Made by a program: the position numbers and the translations under genes. From an uncultured Selenomonas sp. (GTDB taxonomy: Bacteria > Bacillota > Negativicutes > Selenomonadales > Selenomonadaceae), in the NCBI GenBank assembly GCA_905373085.1, contig CAJPRR010000001.1, positions 1 through 59,690 on the forward strand: a stretch of DNA of 59,690 nt, written 5' to 3'. The notes beneath the pieces were generated by a model that was not told the DNA's origin, did not search any database, and saw nothing but the letters and a program-made list of their open reading frames with translations. Of this stretch, positions 9,384-18,253 are shown piece after piece (within the stretch, counting starts at the first letter, position 1; the number at the start of each line of letters is the position of its first letter).

Positions 9384-9393
9384 AATAAGGAGA

Positions 9394-10008
9394 ATGGACG
9401 CGATGGAACTTTCGGGCGTTGAAGCAATACAGGCGAGAATATCGGAAATCCAAAGAAGGTTCGGCATCGAAGGGCCTGTGCCGGGCGCAGCGGTCGGATT
9501 CCGGCAGACGTTGAATGCCGAGATGAAGAAGAACGACAGCGCAGCGCCGCCGCAGACGGTCGCAGCAGGAACTGCGGCGAAGGCGGACGGTGCACGGGCT
9601 GCGGCGGCAAACGCTTCTGCCGGACTTTCCAGTGCATCGAATGAGACGACGCGTTTCATCGAGGAAGCTGCGGCCAAGTACGGCCTTGATTCGCGCCTCG
9701 TCGCTGCCGTCGCGGAAGCGGAGTCGAGCGGCAACCAGAGCGAGGTTTCCGAAGCCGGAGCTGTCGGCGTCATGCAGCTGATGCCCGACACGGCGGCGGC
9801 GCTCGGCGTCAATCCCTACGACGAGAAGCAGAATATCGAGGGCGGGGCGCATTACCTCAAGCAGATGCTCGACACGTTTGGCGGCGACATGAAGAAGGCG
9901 ATTGCCGCTTACAATGCAGGACCGCAGGCGGTCAAGGACTATGGCGGCGTGCCGCCCTACGCAGAGACGCAGAATTACGTGAACAAGGTTCTCGACCTGT
10001 ATCAATAA
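9394..10008 (+). CDS. lytic transglycosylase (SLT domain)
   Basis: AESSGN, GAVGVMQLMP, AIAAYNAGP, ETQNYV. Confidence 0.92.
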   Translation: MDAMELSGVEAIQARISEIQRRFGIEGPVPGAAVGFRQTLNAEMKKNDSAAPPQTVAAGTAAKADGARAAAANASAGLSSASNETTRFIEEAAAKYGLDSRLVAAVAEAESSGNQSEVSEAGAVGVMQLMPDTAAALGVNPYDEKQNIEGGAHYLKQMLDTFGGDMKKAIAAYNAGPQAVKDYGGVPPYAETQNYVNKVLDLYQ

Positions 10009-10083
10009 AGAGACGCAGGGGATGGAGAAGGGGCTTTTCGCTGAAAAAGTCCCGCGCAGCCCCGAAAGGAGCCGAAGCCCGAT

Positions 10084-10704
10084 ATGAAGAAGATAGTCAA
10101 GATCGCACTCGCCGCAATATTGCTGCTCGTGCTTGTCGCGGGAGGGTTCCTGCTCGGCGTGTACTTGCAGATTTTTGATGCCGGTACGATGAATGAAAAA
10201 CTGAAATTATACGATATGCCTATCATCGGGGAGTTTTTCGTAAAGCCCGCACCCGAGACGGGAGAAGCGCTGAAGGAAGACGTGTCGGGCAAGCCGAAGG
10301 AAGAGCTGACGGACAGCAAACCGGATCCCGACAAGGACAAGGGACAATCGAAGCCCAAGGTGCTGACGAAAGAAGAGATCGAAAAGCAGATGAAGGAGCG
10401 CGAGGCGCAGGAGAAGAAGCGCGTCTCGAAGCTCGCACGCGTCTACAACGAGATGAAGCCGCAGCAGGCGGCCGAAGTCATGAAGGATCTCGACGACGAC
10501 CTTTCCGTCGCCATCCTGCAAAAGATGGATGAATCGCAGGCGGCGAAGACGCTCGCCGCGATGGACGCCGATCAGTCGGCTCGCCTGACAAAGCTCATGT
10601 ATACGGGCGTGCCGAAGAAGGTCATCTCGCCCTTGGATCGGCAGGGGCAGAATCCGCAGAATGCAGCGGATGAAAACCGGCCGACAGATGAGGCGGCACA
10701 GTGA
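10084..10704 (+). CDS. MotE/YlxF-like flagellar protein (MgtE N-terminal-like domain)
   Basis: N-terminal TM helix and helical repeats YNEMKPQQAAEVM..ILQKMDESQAAKTLAAMD. Position just before fliK. Confidence 0.8.
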   Translation: MKKIVKIALAAILLLVLVAGGFLLGVYLQIFDAGTMNEKLKLYDMPIIGEFFVKPAPETGEALKEDVSGKPKEELTDSKPDPDKDKGQSKPKVLTKEEIEKQMKEREAQEKKRVSKLARVYNEMKPQQAAEVMKDLDDDLSVAILQKMDESQAAKTLAAMDADQSARLTKLMYTGVPKKVISPLDRQGQNPQNAADENRPTDEAAQ

Positions 10705-10765
10705 AAATAGCAAGCAGCAGGCTCTGCCTGATGCTATAGAACCTTATCTGAAAGGAGGTGAGAAA

Positions 10766-12463
10766 ATGAACAATGTACAGACAAATCTCATGAGTGTCGC
10801 ACCTGCGCCGAGTACAACAGCGAAGGCGAATGCCGCAGAGGCCGTGCGTCCTGCAGACAGGACAGGGGCGGCTACGGATCGCGGGGCGAAGAGTCCGTCC
10901 TTCGACAGGGCGCTTGCGAAACTCAAGACGCTGAAACGGAATCTTGCTGAGGCGACAGAAACCATGGAGAAAGATCCCTTGGTTGCATCATTTGCCGCTT
11001 CTCAGCAGGCAAAACCGACAGATTCCGGAGGTTCGACGGCAAAGACGGTGGAAATCGTGGAGAACGCTGAAGAAGGCGCTTCGGTGAAAGCCGTTGCAGA
11101 CAAAGGCGTGCCGTCGGAGGCTTCTTCTTTGATAAGGTTGGCTGTCTTTGCAGAGGAGCAGCAGGAGCTTTCCGCTGTGCCGGTTTCGGCAGACGGAGTG
11201 CAGGATACGCAGGAGCTTCCCTTGCAGGAAGAGTCGTCGGCGGCTGAAATGAAGCCGGCGCCGGCACAGGATGAGAGCGGCGCGGTTGCAAAGGCGCAGC
11301 CGCAGAACAAGACGGCGGACATGAGCAGCCTTGCCGCCTTGCTCCCGCGCAGTGAGCAGCCGGATCGGAGTTTGCTTCAGGCGCTCCGGGGCAGGATCTT
11401 GCCGCAGATGACTCAGGCGATACAGCTGCCTCAAGTGACAGCGGACGACGGCTTCTCAGAAGCGATCGAAGCCTCACAGAAGACGGATATGAACTTGGCG
11501 GCGAATGTGAAAGATGATGCAGTGCTGTCCGATGCGTTACTGCGCACTCTGGCTCAGCAGCCGGTCGTTTCCGCAGCGGCGGGGACGGCGCAGGAATCGC
11601 GTCCGACGACGCTGTTGCCGTCGGGTGAAGCTGCGCCTTCGCTTTCCACTGCGTCTTTTGATGCAGGGATTGCGGTTTCCCCGTCTGCCGGAACGACAGC
11701 GGAAGGCCGAGATTTGACGCAGACTTCTTCGCAGGAGGATTTCGCAGAACTCTTCAGCGAGCAGCAGACGCTGCAGGACAAAAAAGCAGAGGGAAGCAAG
11801 GCCCTTTCCCAGTCCGCAGCGACACAGCCGGAGGGAGCAGCGAGGACGAAGGCAAATGATGCCATGCAGCTTTTCACGGAAGCTGCGCAGAGCTCGCAGG
11901 GCGGTCAGGAAGCAAGCCATGCTTCTCAGACAAATCCCGGCGTGACGGTTCAGACGGCGCTGCAGGAAACGGTCGAGACTCAGCCGACAGCGCCCGCAGC
12001 CCCGCAGAAAGACTACGAGGTGGCGAAGCAGATCGTCGAGCAGGCGAGGCTTCTGCGTCTGCCTGAAGAAACGCAGATGGTCATCCGCCTGAAGCCCGAA
12101 CACCTTGGCGAACTGACGCTCAAGGTTTCCGTCGCCGCAAGCGGCACGGTCAATGCAGCGTTCCATACGGACAACGCTTCCGTGCGCGCCATCATCGAAA
12201 CCTCGATGATCCAGCTCAAGCACGAGCTGCAGGCGCAGGGTCTGAAGGTTGACAACGTCGGCGTCTATGCGGGGCTTGGCGACAGCTCGCTGATGAACCA
12301 GCAGGATGCGAACGCCCATTACGCGCAGCACGGCGGTCAGGGCAGCAGCCGGGGGCACGACGCCCGGCAGGCTCTTGCCTCCTTCGAGGAAGAGCAGCAG
12401 GCTCTTGCAGCGAGTGCGCAGCAGGGGGTGCTCGCCCAAGACGGCGTAGACTATCGCATCTGA
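10766..12463 (+). CDS. fliK: flagellar hook-length control protein FliK
   Basis: Long low-complexity N-terminus and C-terminal domain IRLKPEHLGELTLKV..LKHELQAQGL. AAAGGAGGTG RBS before ATG 10766. Confidence 0.92.
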   Translation: MNNVQTNLMSVAPAPSTTAKANAAEAVRPADRTGAATDRGAKSPSFDRALAKLKTLKRNLAEATETMEKDPLVASFAASQQAKPTDSGGSTAKTVEIVENAEEGASVKAVADKGVPSEASSLIRLAVFAEEQQELSAVPVSADGVQDTQELPLQEESSAAEMKPAPAQDESGAVAKAQPQNKTADMSSLAALLPRSEQPDRSLLQALRGRILPQMTQAIQLPQVTADDGFSEAIEASQKTDMNLAANVKDDAVLSDALLRTLAQQPVVSAAAGTAQESRPTTLLPSGEAAPSLSTASFDAGIAVSPSAGTTAEGRDLTQTSSQEDFAELFSEQQTLQDKKAEGSKALSQSAATQPEGAARTKANDAMQLFTEAAQSSQGGQEASHASQTNPGVTVQTALQETVETQPTAPAAPQKDYEVAKQIVEQARLLRLPEETQMVIRLKPEHLGELTLKVSVAASGTVNAAFHTDNASVRAIIETSMIQLKHELQAQGLKVDNVGVYAGLGDSSLMNQQDANAHYAQHGGQGSSRGHDARQALASFEEEQQALAASAQQGVLAQDGVDYRI

Positions 12464-12495
12464 TGTTTCCACGACAATGAAGAAAGGAGAAAGGT

Positions 12496-13035
12496 ATGAA
12501 CGGAACGAATCTCAATACCGTCACGGTAGACGGCGTGAAGTACGATCGTGCCAAGTATGAGGCAGCGCAGCAGGGAAAAAACGTACGAAAGAACGACTCG
12601 CTCGGCAAGGACGCCTTCCTGCAGCTGCTTGTGACGCAGCTCAGGCATCAGGATCCCTTGAGCCCGGACGACAATACGCAGTACATCGCCCAGCTTGCAC
12701 AGTTCTCATCGCTTGAGCAGATGACGCAGATGGTCAAGGGTTTCGAGAATGTATCGAAACTTGTGTCGAACATCGACAGCTCCGTGCTCGTCGGCTCTTT
12801 GAGCAACATGATCGGCAAGAACATTCAGTGGACGCATGTGACGAAGACGAAGGACGCAGAGGGAAATCCCACGACCAAGTCGGAAACCTTTGCAGGAAAC
12901 GTCCGCGGCATCAAGGTTTCGAAGGGCAAGACGACGGTTGTCGCGCAGGATGCGAAGGGCAAGCTGCATGATGTCGATGTCTCGGAGATCGAAGCGATCG
13001 CCGATCCGCCGAAGCCGAAGACATCGGGAACGTAA
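12496..13035 (+). CDS. flgD: flagellar hook capping protein FlgD
   Basis: LGKDAFLQLLVTQLRHQDPLSP..QLAQFSSLEQM. Confidence 0.95.
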   Translation: MNGTNLNTVTVDGVKYDRAKYEAAQQGKNVRKNDSLGKDAFLQLLVTQLRHQDPLSPDDNTQYIAQLAQFSSLEQMTQMVKGFENVSKLVSNIDSSVLVGSLSNMIGKNIQWTHVTKTKDAEGNPTTKSETFAGNVRGIKVSKGKTTVVAQDAKGKLHDVDVSEIEAIADPPKPKTSGT

Positions 13036-13050
13036 TGCACGGAGGAGAAT

Positions 13051-13425
13051 ATGGCTGACGCAAGAATCTACCTTTCGTCCCAGCCGCTCCTGCCGCAGAT
13101 GCCCGCTGCAAAGCAGCCGGCATCGCAGAAGAATGTCCCGTCCTTTGCAGCGGAGCTTGAGAAAGCCAAATCCGAGGTCAGCTTTTCGGCGCATGCCGCA
13201 GAACGCATGAGAACGCGCGGCATCGACCTCAGCGAGGAGGAGCTTTCAAGGCTCGGCGATACCGTCTCCAAGATGGCGTCGAAAGGTGCAAGGGAATCCC
13301 TGATCTATATGAACGACGTCGCGCTCGTCGTGAGCATCAGGAACAGGACGGTCATCACTGCCATGGACGGCATGAGCGCCAAGGACAATATTTTCACGAA
13401 CATTGACAGTGCAGCGATCCTCTGA
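13051..13425 (+). CDS. conserved flagellar operon protein of unknown function (TIGR02530-like)
   Basis: FSAHAAERMRTRGI..KGARESL..NRTVITAMD..NIFTNIDSA. Located between flgD and flgE. Confidence 0.85.
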   Translation: MADARIYLSSQPLLPQMPAAKQPASQKNVPSFAAELEKAKSEVSFSAHAAERMRTRGIDLSEEELSRLGDTVSKMASKGARESLIYMNDVALVVSIRNRTVITAMDGMSAKDNIFTNIDSAAIL

Positions 13426-13504
13426 GCCGGTCCTTCGGGAGGCTCCGGCTCGCCGACTGACAGAAGCGAGCCTAGGGAAGCGGCGTCAAGACAGACTGCT
13501 TCCC
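13424..13504 (+). promoter_or_regulatory. structured RNA element in the flgE leader (three hairpins)
   Basis: GAGCC-GG-TCC-TTCG-GGA-GGCTC, then GGCTCGC-[CGACTGACAGAA]-GCGAGCC, then GGGAAGCGG-[CGTCAAGACAGA]-CTGCTTCCC. No U-tract. Confidence 0.6.
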
Positions 13505-13536
13505 GAGCTGCACCAAATAAAGGAGATTGATACAAT

Positions 13537-15120
13537 ATGATGCGTTCTCTTTTCTCAGGCGTATCGGGGCTCAAGAGCCACCAGACGCGCATGGACGTCA
13601 TCGGCAACAACATTGCGAACGTCAATACGATCGGCTTCAAGTCGAGCCGCGTGACATTTGCCGATACGCTCTACCAGACGCAGACGGGCGCCGCCGCGCC
13701 GACGAAAACCGTCGGCGGCACGAACCCCAAGCAAATCGGCCTCGGCGTCGGCGTCGCAAGCATCGACTTGCTCTTCACGGACGCCTCGCCGCAGGCGACG
13801 GGAAAGAACACCGATCTTGCCCTGTCCGGCAACGGCCTTTTCGTTGTCTCAACGGATGCGGCCGGCAAGGACAAGTACTATACGCGCGCCGGCGCCTTCT
13901 CTTTTGACGCGAACTACAATTATGTCGTTCCGGGTTCGGGGCATCATGTCGTCGGCTGGAATGCCGATGAAGATGGCAATATCGACACGAAGGGCACGCC
14001 GACGGGCATCCAGGTCAAGGACACGATGCGCAGCATGGGCGCCAAGGCAACGACGGAAGTCACTTACAAGGGAAATATGAATTCGTCCGTGCCGACGATC
14101 ACGAAGATTACTACACAGACGGGATCAACCATTCCGGCTGGAAAATCTGCGATTGTTGGCGCAGCGACTGATTTTGAAAGCGGCGCTTTGCCGGCAAATG
14201 TACTGCCCGCCACATCGCTTACGCTTACGCTGTCGGATGGTACGACGCGTACGATTACGGCGAAGAGCAGTTACCAGTACAAGGTGGGTGAGAGCTTGCC
14301 AATCACGACGATCACGACGGTGTATGACAGCTTGGGCAATGAGCACAAGGTACCGTTGCTGTTCACGAAGATTCCGGATACGTCATCGTTGCCTTTGGGT
14401 GCGGATAAATGGCGCGTCACCTTGAGCCCGGGGAAATATGAGAAAACTATTCCCGGCACGCCGCCTACGACAAAGGAGTACCTTGACCCCTACGATCCGA
14501 CCGCTGCGACGGACAGCCAGAGCACGATCAAGGGCGTGGAAGGCAATACGAAGGTGACGATGAAGACGCAAGTTCTGTCATTCGATCAAAACGGCAAGTA
14601 TATAAGCGGCTCGGGCACTCCGACGCTGACTTTGTCGAACGGCGCGGGTTCCATAGGAACCGGCGGCGGCTCGGTGAATACGATGAGCGTGAACGTCAAT
14701 CTCACGAACCTTACGCAGTACAGCGGCAGTGATACGATCAAGGCAGACTACGACGGACATGCTGCAGGCACCTTGAAAGAGGTCAACGTCGATCAGAGCG
14801 GCATCTTGACGGGAACTTACACGAACGGCGAGAAGCGTTCGCTGGCGCAGATTGCTGTCGCGCAGTTCGACAATGCGCCAGGTCTCACGAAGAAGGGAGC
14901 AAACCTCTACGCGGAGTCGAACAACTCGGGTACGGCGAACATCAAGTCGGTCAGTGCGCTCGGCGTTACGCTCACGCCGTCGGCGCTGGAAATGTCAAAC
15001 GTCGATATTGCGAACGAGTTCGCCGACATGGTCGTGACGCAGAGGGGCTTCCAGTCCAACTCGAAAATCATCACGGTTGGTGATGAGATGCTTGAAACCG
15101 TCATCAACATGAAGCGCTGA
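13537..15120 (+). CDS. flgE: flagellar hook protein FlgE
   Basis: MMRSLFSGVSGL..GNNIANVNTIGFK, YTRAGAF, LEMSNVDIANEF..QRGFQSNSK. Confidence 0.96.
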   Translation: MMRSLFSGVSGLKSHQTRMDVIGNNIANVNTIGFKSSRVTFADTLYQTQTGAAAPTKTVGGTNPKQIGLGVGVASIDLLFTDASPQATGKNTDLALSGNGLFVVSTDAAGKDKYYTRAGAFSFDANYNYVVPGSGHHVVGWNADEDGNIDTKGTPTGIQVKDTMRSMGAKATTEVTYKGNMNSSVPTITKITTQTGSTIPAGKSAIVGAATDFESGALPANVLPATSLTLTLSDGTTRTITAKSSYQYKVGESLPITTITTVYDSLGNEHKVPLLFTKIPDTSSLPLGADKWRVTLSPGKYEKTIPGTPPTTKEYLDPYDPTAATDSQSTIKGVEGNTKVTMKTQVLSFDQNGKYISGSGTPTLTLSNGAGSIGTGGGSVNTMSVNVNLTNLTQYSGSDTIKADYDGHAAGTLKEVNVDQSGILTGTYTNGEKRSLAQIAVAQFDNAPGLTKKGANLYAESNNSGTANIKSVSALGVTLTPSALEMSNVDIANEFADMVVTQRGFQSNSKIITVGDEMLETVINMKR

Positions 15121-15128
15121 TGACGTCC

Positions 15129-15230
15129 TGAGCTGAGAAGCTGCGGTGTATGCGGCGTCTTGGCTCATGGAAGGACGGGAGAGGGAAGCTTCCCCTCCCC
15201 TGTCCCCGCACTTATTCTTTGGGAATGCGG
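15129..15230 (+). other. tandem stem-loops 3' of flgE (possible mRNA stabiliser or attenuator)
   Basis: TGAGCTGAGA..TCTTGGCTCA (15129-67), GGACGGG.GAGGG..CCCTC.CCTGTCC (15173-205), CCGCA..TGCGG (15206-30). Confidence 0.5.
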
Positions 15231-15272
15231 CCAGATTCCTTGTCCGTGCTCCCGCGGCGAAAGGATGGGCGA

Positions 15273-15473
15273 ATGATCAAGCTGACAAAGTTCAAATCGG
15301 AGGCGCACAAAAAAGGGGAATTCGTCCTCAACGCCGAAATAATAGAGACAGTGGAGGAGACGCCCGATACAGTCGTCACCCTCACGAATGGCAAGAAGCT
15401 CATCGTGGAAGAACCCATGGAGGAGATCGTACGGCGCGTCATGGAGTATCGCCGCGGCGTGCATGGTTTGTGA
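15273..15473 (+). CDS. flbD: flagellar protein FlbD/SwrD family
   Basis: MIKLTK..EFVLNAEIIETVEETPDTVVTLTNGKKLIVEE. Start at ATG 15273. Confidence 0.92.
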   Translation: MIKLTKFKSEAHKKGEFVLNAEIIETVEETPDTVVTLTNGKKLIVEEPMEEIVRRVMEYRRGVHGL

Positions 15474-15531
15474 TTCCGGGGTTTCCTCGGATGATTGATG
15501 ATAGAGAGAAGAGTTAGGAGGAGGAAATTTC

Positions 15532-16041
15532 ATGGCGGAAGAAAAAGAAGTGCAGGCCATTGCTCCGGAGCCGAGCAAAAAATCCCCGATCATCCTGATC
15601 GTTGTCATCGTCGTCGTGGCTTTGGCGGCTGCAGTTGGTATTTCCTTTTTCATCACGCAGCAGATGATGGCGAGCAATGCCGGTGACGGCGGCCCTTCGA
15701 GGCTGAACCACGATCCGGGCGTCTTCATCAAACTCGGCGATCCCAAGGACGGCATACTTGTCAACGTCGGCGGTCTCAAGGCGGGACGCTTCTTGAAGAC
15801 GAGCATCGTCTTGGAGATGAATCCCGGCAAGAAGGACAACATTGCCGATGGAAAGCTTCTGGCGCCGGCGGAGACGAAGGTCATGGATGTGACGCTGCAG
15901 ACGTTGCGCTCCTTGAAAGTCGAGGAGCTTGATGCGGGCAAGCAGGATGAGCTGAAGACGACCTTGCGCGACAGCCTGAACAAGGCCTTGGGCGAGGGAT
16001 CGGTGTATGAGGTCTATATCACGAGCTTCCTTATGCAGTGA
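15532..16041 (+). CDS. fliL: flagellar basal body-associated protein FliL
   Basis: N-terminal TM helix and C-terminal VYEVYITSFLMQ. Confidence 0.92.
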   Translation: MAEEKEVQAIAPEPSKKSPIILIVVIVVVALAAAVGISFFITQQMMASNAGDGGPSRLNHDPGVFIKLGDPKDGILVNVGGLKAGRFLKTSIVLEMNPGKKDNIADGKLLAPAETKVMDVTLQTLRSLKVEELDAGKQDELKTTLRDSLNKALGEGSVYEVYITSFLMQ

Positions 16042-16077
16042 TGAGCCATCCGAGCAGGGGAGAAAGGAGGAGGAAGA

Positions 16078-17082
16078 TTGGCAGAAGATGTCTTGTCACA
16101 AAACGAGATAGACAAACTTCTCTCAGCTCTGTCAACCGGTGAGGTTTCCGCTGAAGAAGTGCAGGCGGAGGAGGAAGAGAGAAAGGTCAAGACATACGAC
16201 TTCAAGCGTCCGGACAAATTCTCGAAGGATCAGATCCGCACGCTGAACATGCTCTATGAGAACTTTGCGCGTCTCTTGAACACCCACCTATCTACCCATT
16301 TGCGGACGATGGTCAATGTGGAAGTCGTTTCCGTGGAGCAGCTCACCTATCAGGAATTCCTGCAGTCTTTGAGCAATCCGAGCGTCATCGGCGTCATGGC
16401 GCTGCCGCCCTTGAAGGGCAACATCATCATGGAGGTCAATACGGGCATTGCCTTTGCCTACATCGACCGCGTATTCGGAGGCTTGGGCGAGAATACGCTG
16501 AAGCCGCGCATCCTCACGGATATCGAAGAGGCGGTCATGCGCAAGTTCATCGCAAAGGCGAGCGAGTTCTTCAAGGAATCTTGGTCGAATGTGGTCGAGG
16601 TCAATCCGATTCTCGAGGCGATCGAGGCGAATCCCGGCTTCGTGCAGATCGTGCCGCCGAGCGACATGGTCATCATCGTCACCGTGAAGGTCAAGATCGG
16701 CGAAGTCGAGGGGCTTATGACTCTGTGCGTACCGTACCTTGTCTTGGAGCCTGTCATGTCGAAGCTTTCGACCTCGTTCTGGGTGGCGGCTTCCGTCGCG
16801 AAGGACAACAACCCGGACAAGATTCGTGCGCTTGAGAAGAAGATTCACAAGTCGCCGATTCCTTTGATCGTGGAACTTGGCACCATCAACATGACGATCC
16901 GTGAATTTTTGACCTTGGGCTTTGGCGATGTGCTGCAGCTCGACACGAAGGTCAAGGACGAGCTGAAGATACTCGTCGGGCAGAAGCCCAAGTTCCTTTG
17001 CCGGCCGGGCACCCAGGGCAAGCGTTCGGCAGTCCAGATTACACAAGTAGCCTTTGAAGGGGATGAAGATACGGATGAGTGA
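16078..17082 (+). CDS. fliM: flagellar motor switch protein FliM
   Basis: LSQNEIDKLL CheY-binding peptide and YDFKRPDKFSKDQIR. Confidence 0.96.
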   Translation: MAEDVLSQNEIDKLLSALSTGEVSAEEVQAEEEERKVKTYDFKRPDKFSKDQIRTLNMLYENFARLLNTHLSTHLRTMVNVEVVSVEQLTYQEFLQSLSNPSVIGVMALPPLKGNIIMEVNTGIAFAYIDRVFGGLGENTLKPRILTDIEEAVMRKFIAKASEFFKESWSNVVEVNPILEAIEANPGFVQIVPPSDMVIIVTVKVKIGEVEGLMTLCVPYLVLEPVMSKLSTSFWVAASVAKDNNPDKIRALEKKIHKSPIPLIVELGTINMTIREFLTLGFGDVLQLDTKVKDELKILVGQKPKFLCRPGTQGKRSAVQITQVAFEGDEDTDE

Positions 17083-18253
17083 TGATTTAATTTCGCAAGA
17101 GGAAATTGATGCGTTATTAAACGGCGGAGGCGACAGCACGGCAACAGCCGACGCCCCGGCGGACAACCCGGCGCCCACGGCAGGTTCTCCATCTCAAGAA
17201 GGGGATGCTCTGACGGACATCGAGCGTGACGCGCTCGGGGAGATTGGCAACATTTCCATGGGGAGCGCGGCGACGACGCTCTCGGTGCTCTTGGGGCACA
17301 AGGTTTCGATTACGACCCCGACGGTATCGGTGGCGACGCTGAGTTCCATCAAGGACCAGTACCCGATGCCTTACCTCATCGTTGAGGTCGGCTATACTGT
17401 CGGCATCGACGGCAACAACGTGCTCGCGATTCAGGCGCAGGACGCCTCAATCATCGCCGATCTCATGATGGGAGGCGACGGCACGAATCCGACGCAGGAG
17501 CTCAATGAGATTCATATGAGCGCTGTCGGCGAGTCGATGAACCAGATGATGGGGTCGGTCGCCACATCGTTGTCGACGATGTTCAACAAGAAGATCGACA
17601 TCTCGCCGCCGAAGGTCAATATGATTGATCTCGGATCGGAAGACAAGGTCACGGAGATCGTTTCAGCGGACGACCCGATCGCGAAGATTTCATTCCGCAT
17701 GGAAGTTGACGGTCTGATTGACAGCGAGATTATGCAGATTCTGCCGATTCCTGTCGCGAAGGAAATGGTAGGATATCTTTTGAGCAATGAAGCAGAGGAG
17801 GAAGAGCCAATGCCAGCACCAATGCCAGCACCGGCAGCGCCAACGCCGGCAGCAGCGGCTCCGCCGCCGGCAGCGCCGATGGCGGGCGCAGCTCCGGCTT
17901 ACGGTGCACCGTCGACGCCGCATGTGGCGTCGAATGTGCCCGTGCAGCCTGCGATGTTCGCACCGCTTTCGACGGCTCCCGTGCAGGTGAATGATGCGAA
18001 TATCGGCTTGATTCTCGATGTGCCGCTTCAAGTAACCGTGGAGCTGGGCCGCACGAAAAAGACGATCAAGGACATCCTGGAGCTTACGAACGGTTCCATC
18101 GTCGAGCTTGACAAGCTAGCCGGCGAGCCTGTCGACATCATGGTCAACGGCAAGTTCCTTGCGAAGGGGGAGGTCGTCGTCATCGACGAGAACTTCGGCG
18201 TGCGTATCACCGATATCGTAAGTCCGGTAGAAAGGGCGCAGCAGCTGCAATAA
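17075..18253 (+). CDS. fliY: flagellar motor switch phosphatase FliY (CheC-like plus FliN domain)
   Basis: ISQEEIDALL, EIGN and ESMN phosphatase motifs, C-terminal SpoA domain GEVVVIDENFGVRI. Confidence 0.95.
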   Translation: MSDDLISQEEIDALLNGGGDSTATADAPADNPAPTAGSPSQEGDALTDIERDALGEIGNISMGSAATTLSVLLGHKVSITTPTVSVATLSSIKDQYPMPYLIVEVGYTVGIDGNNVLAIQAQDASIIADLMMGGDGTNPTQELNEIHMSAVGESMNQMMGSVATSLSTMFNKKIDISPPKVNMIDLGSEDKVTEIVSADDPIAKISFRMEVDGLIDSEIMQILPIPVAKEMVGYLLSNEAEEEEPMPAPMPAPAAPTPAAAAPPPAAPMAGAAPAYGAPSTPHVASNVPVQPAMFAPLSTAPVQVNDANIGLILDVPLQVTVELGRTKKTIKDILELTNGSIVELDKLAGEPVDIMVNGKFLAKGEVVVIDENFGVRITDIVSPVERAQQLQ

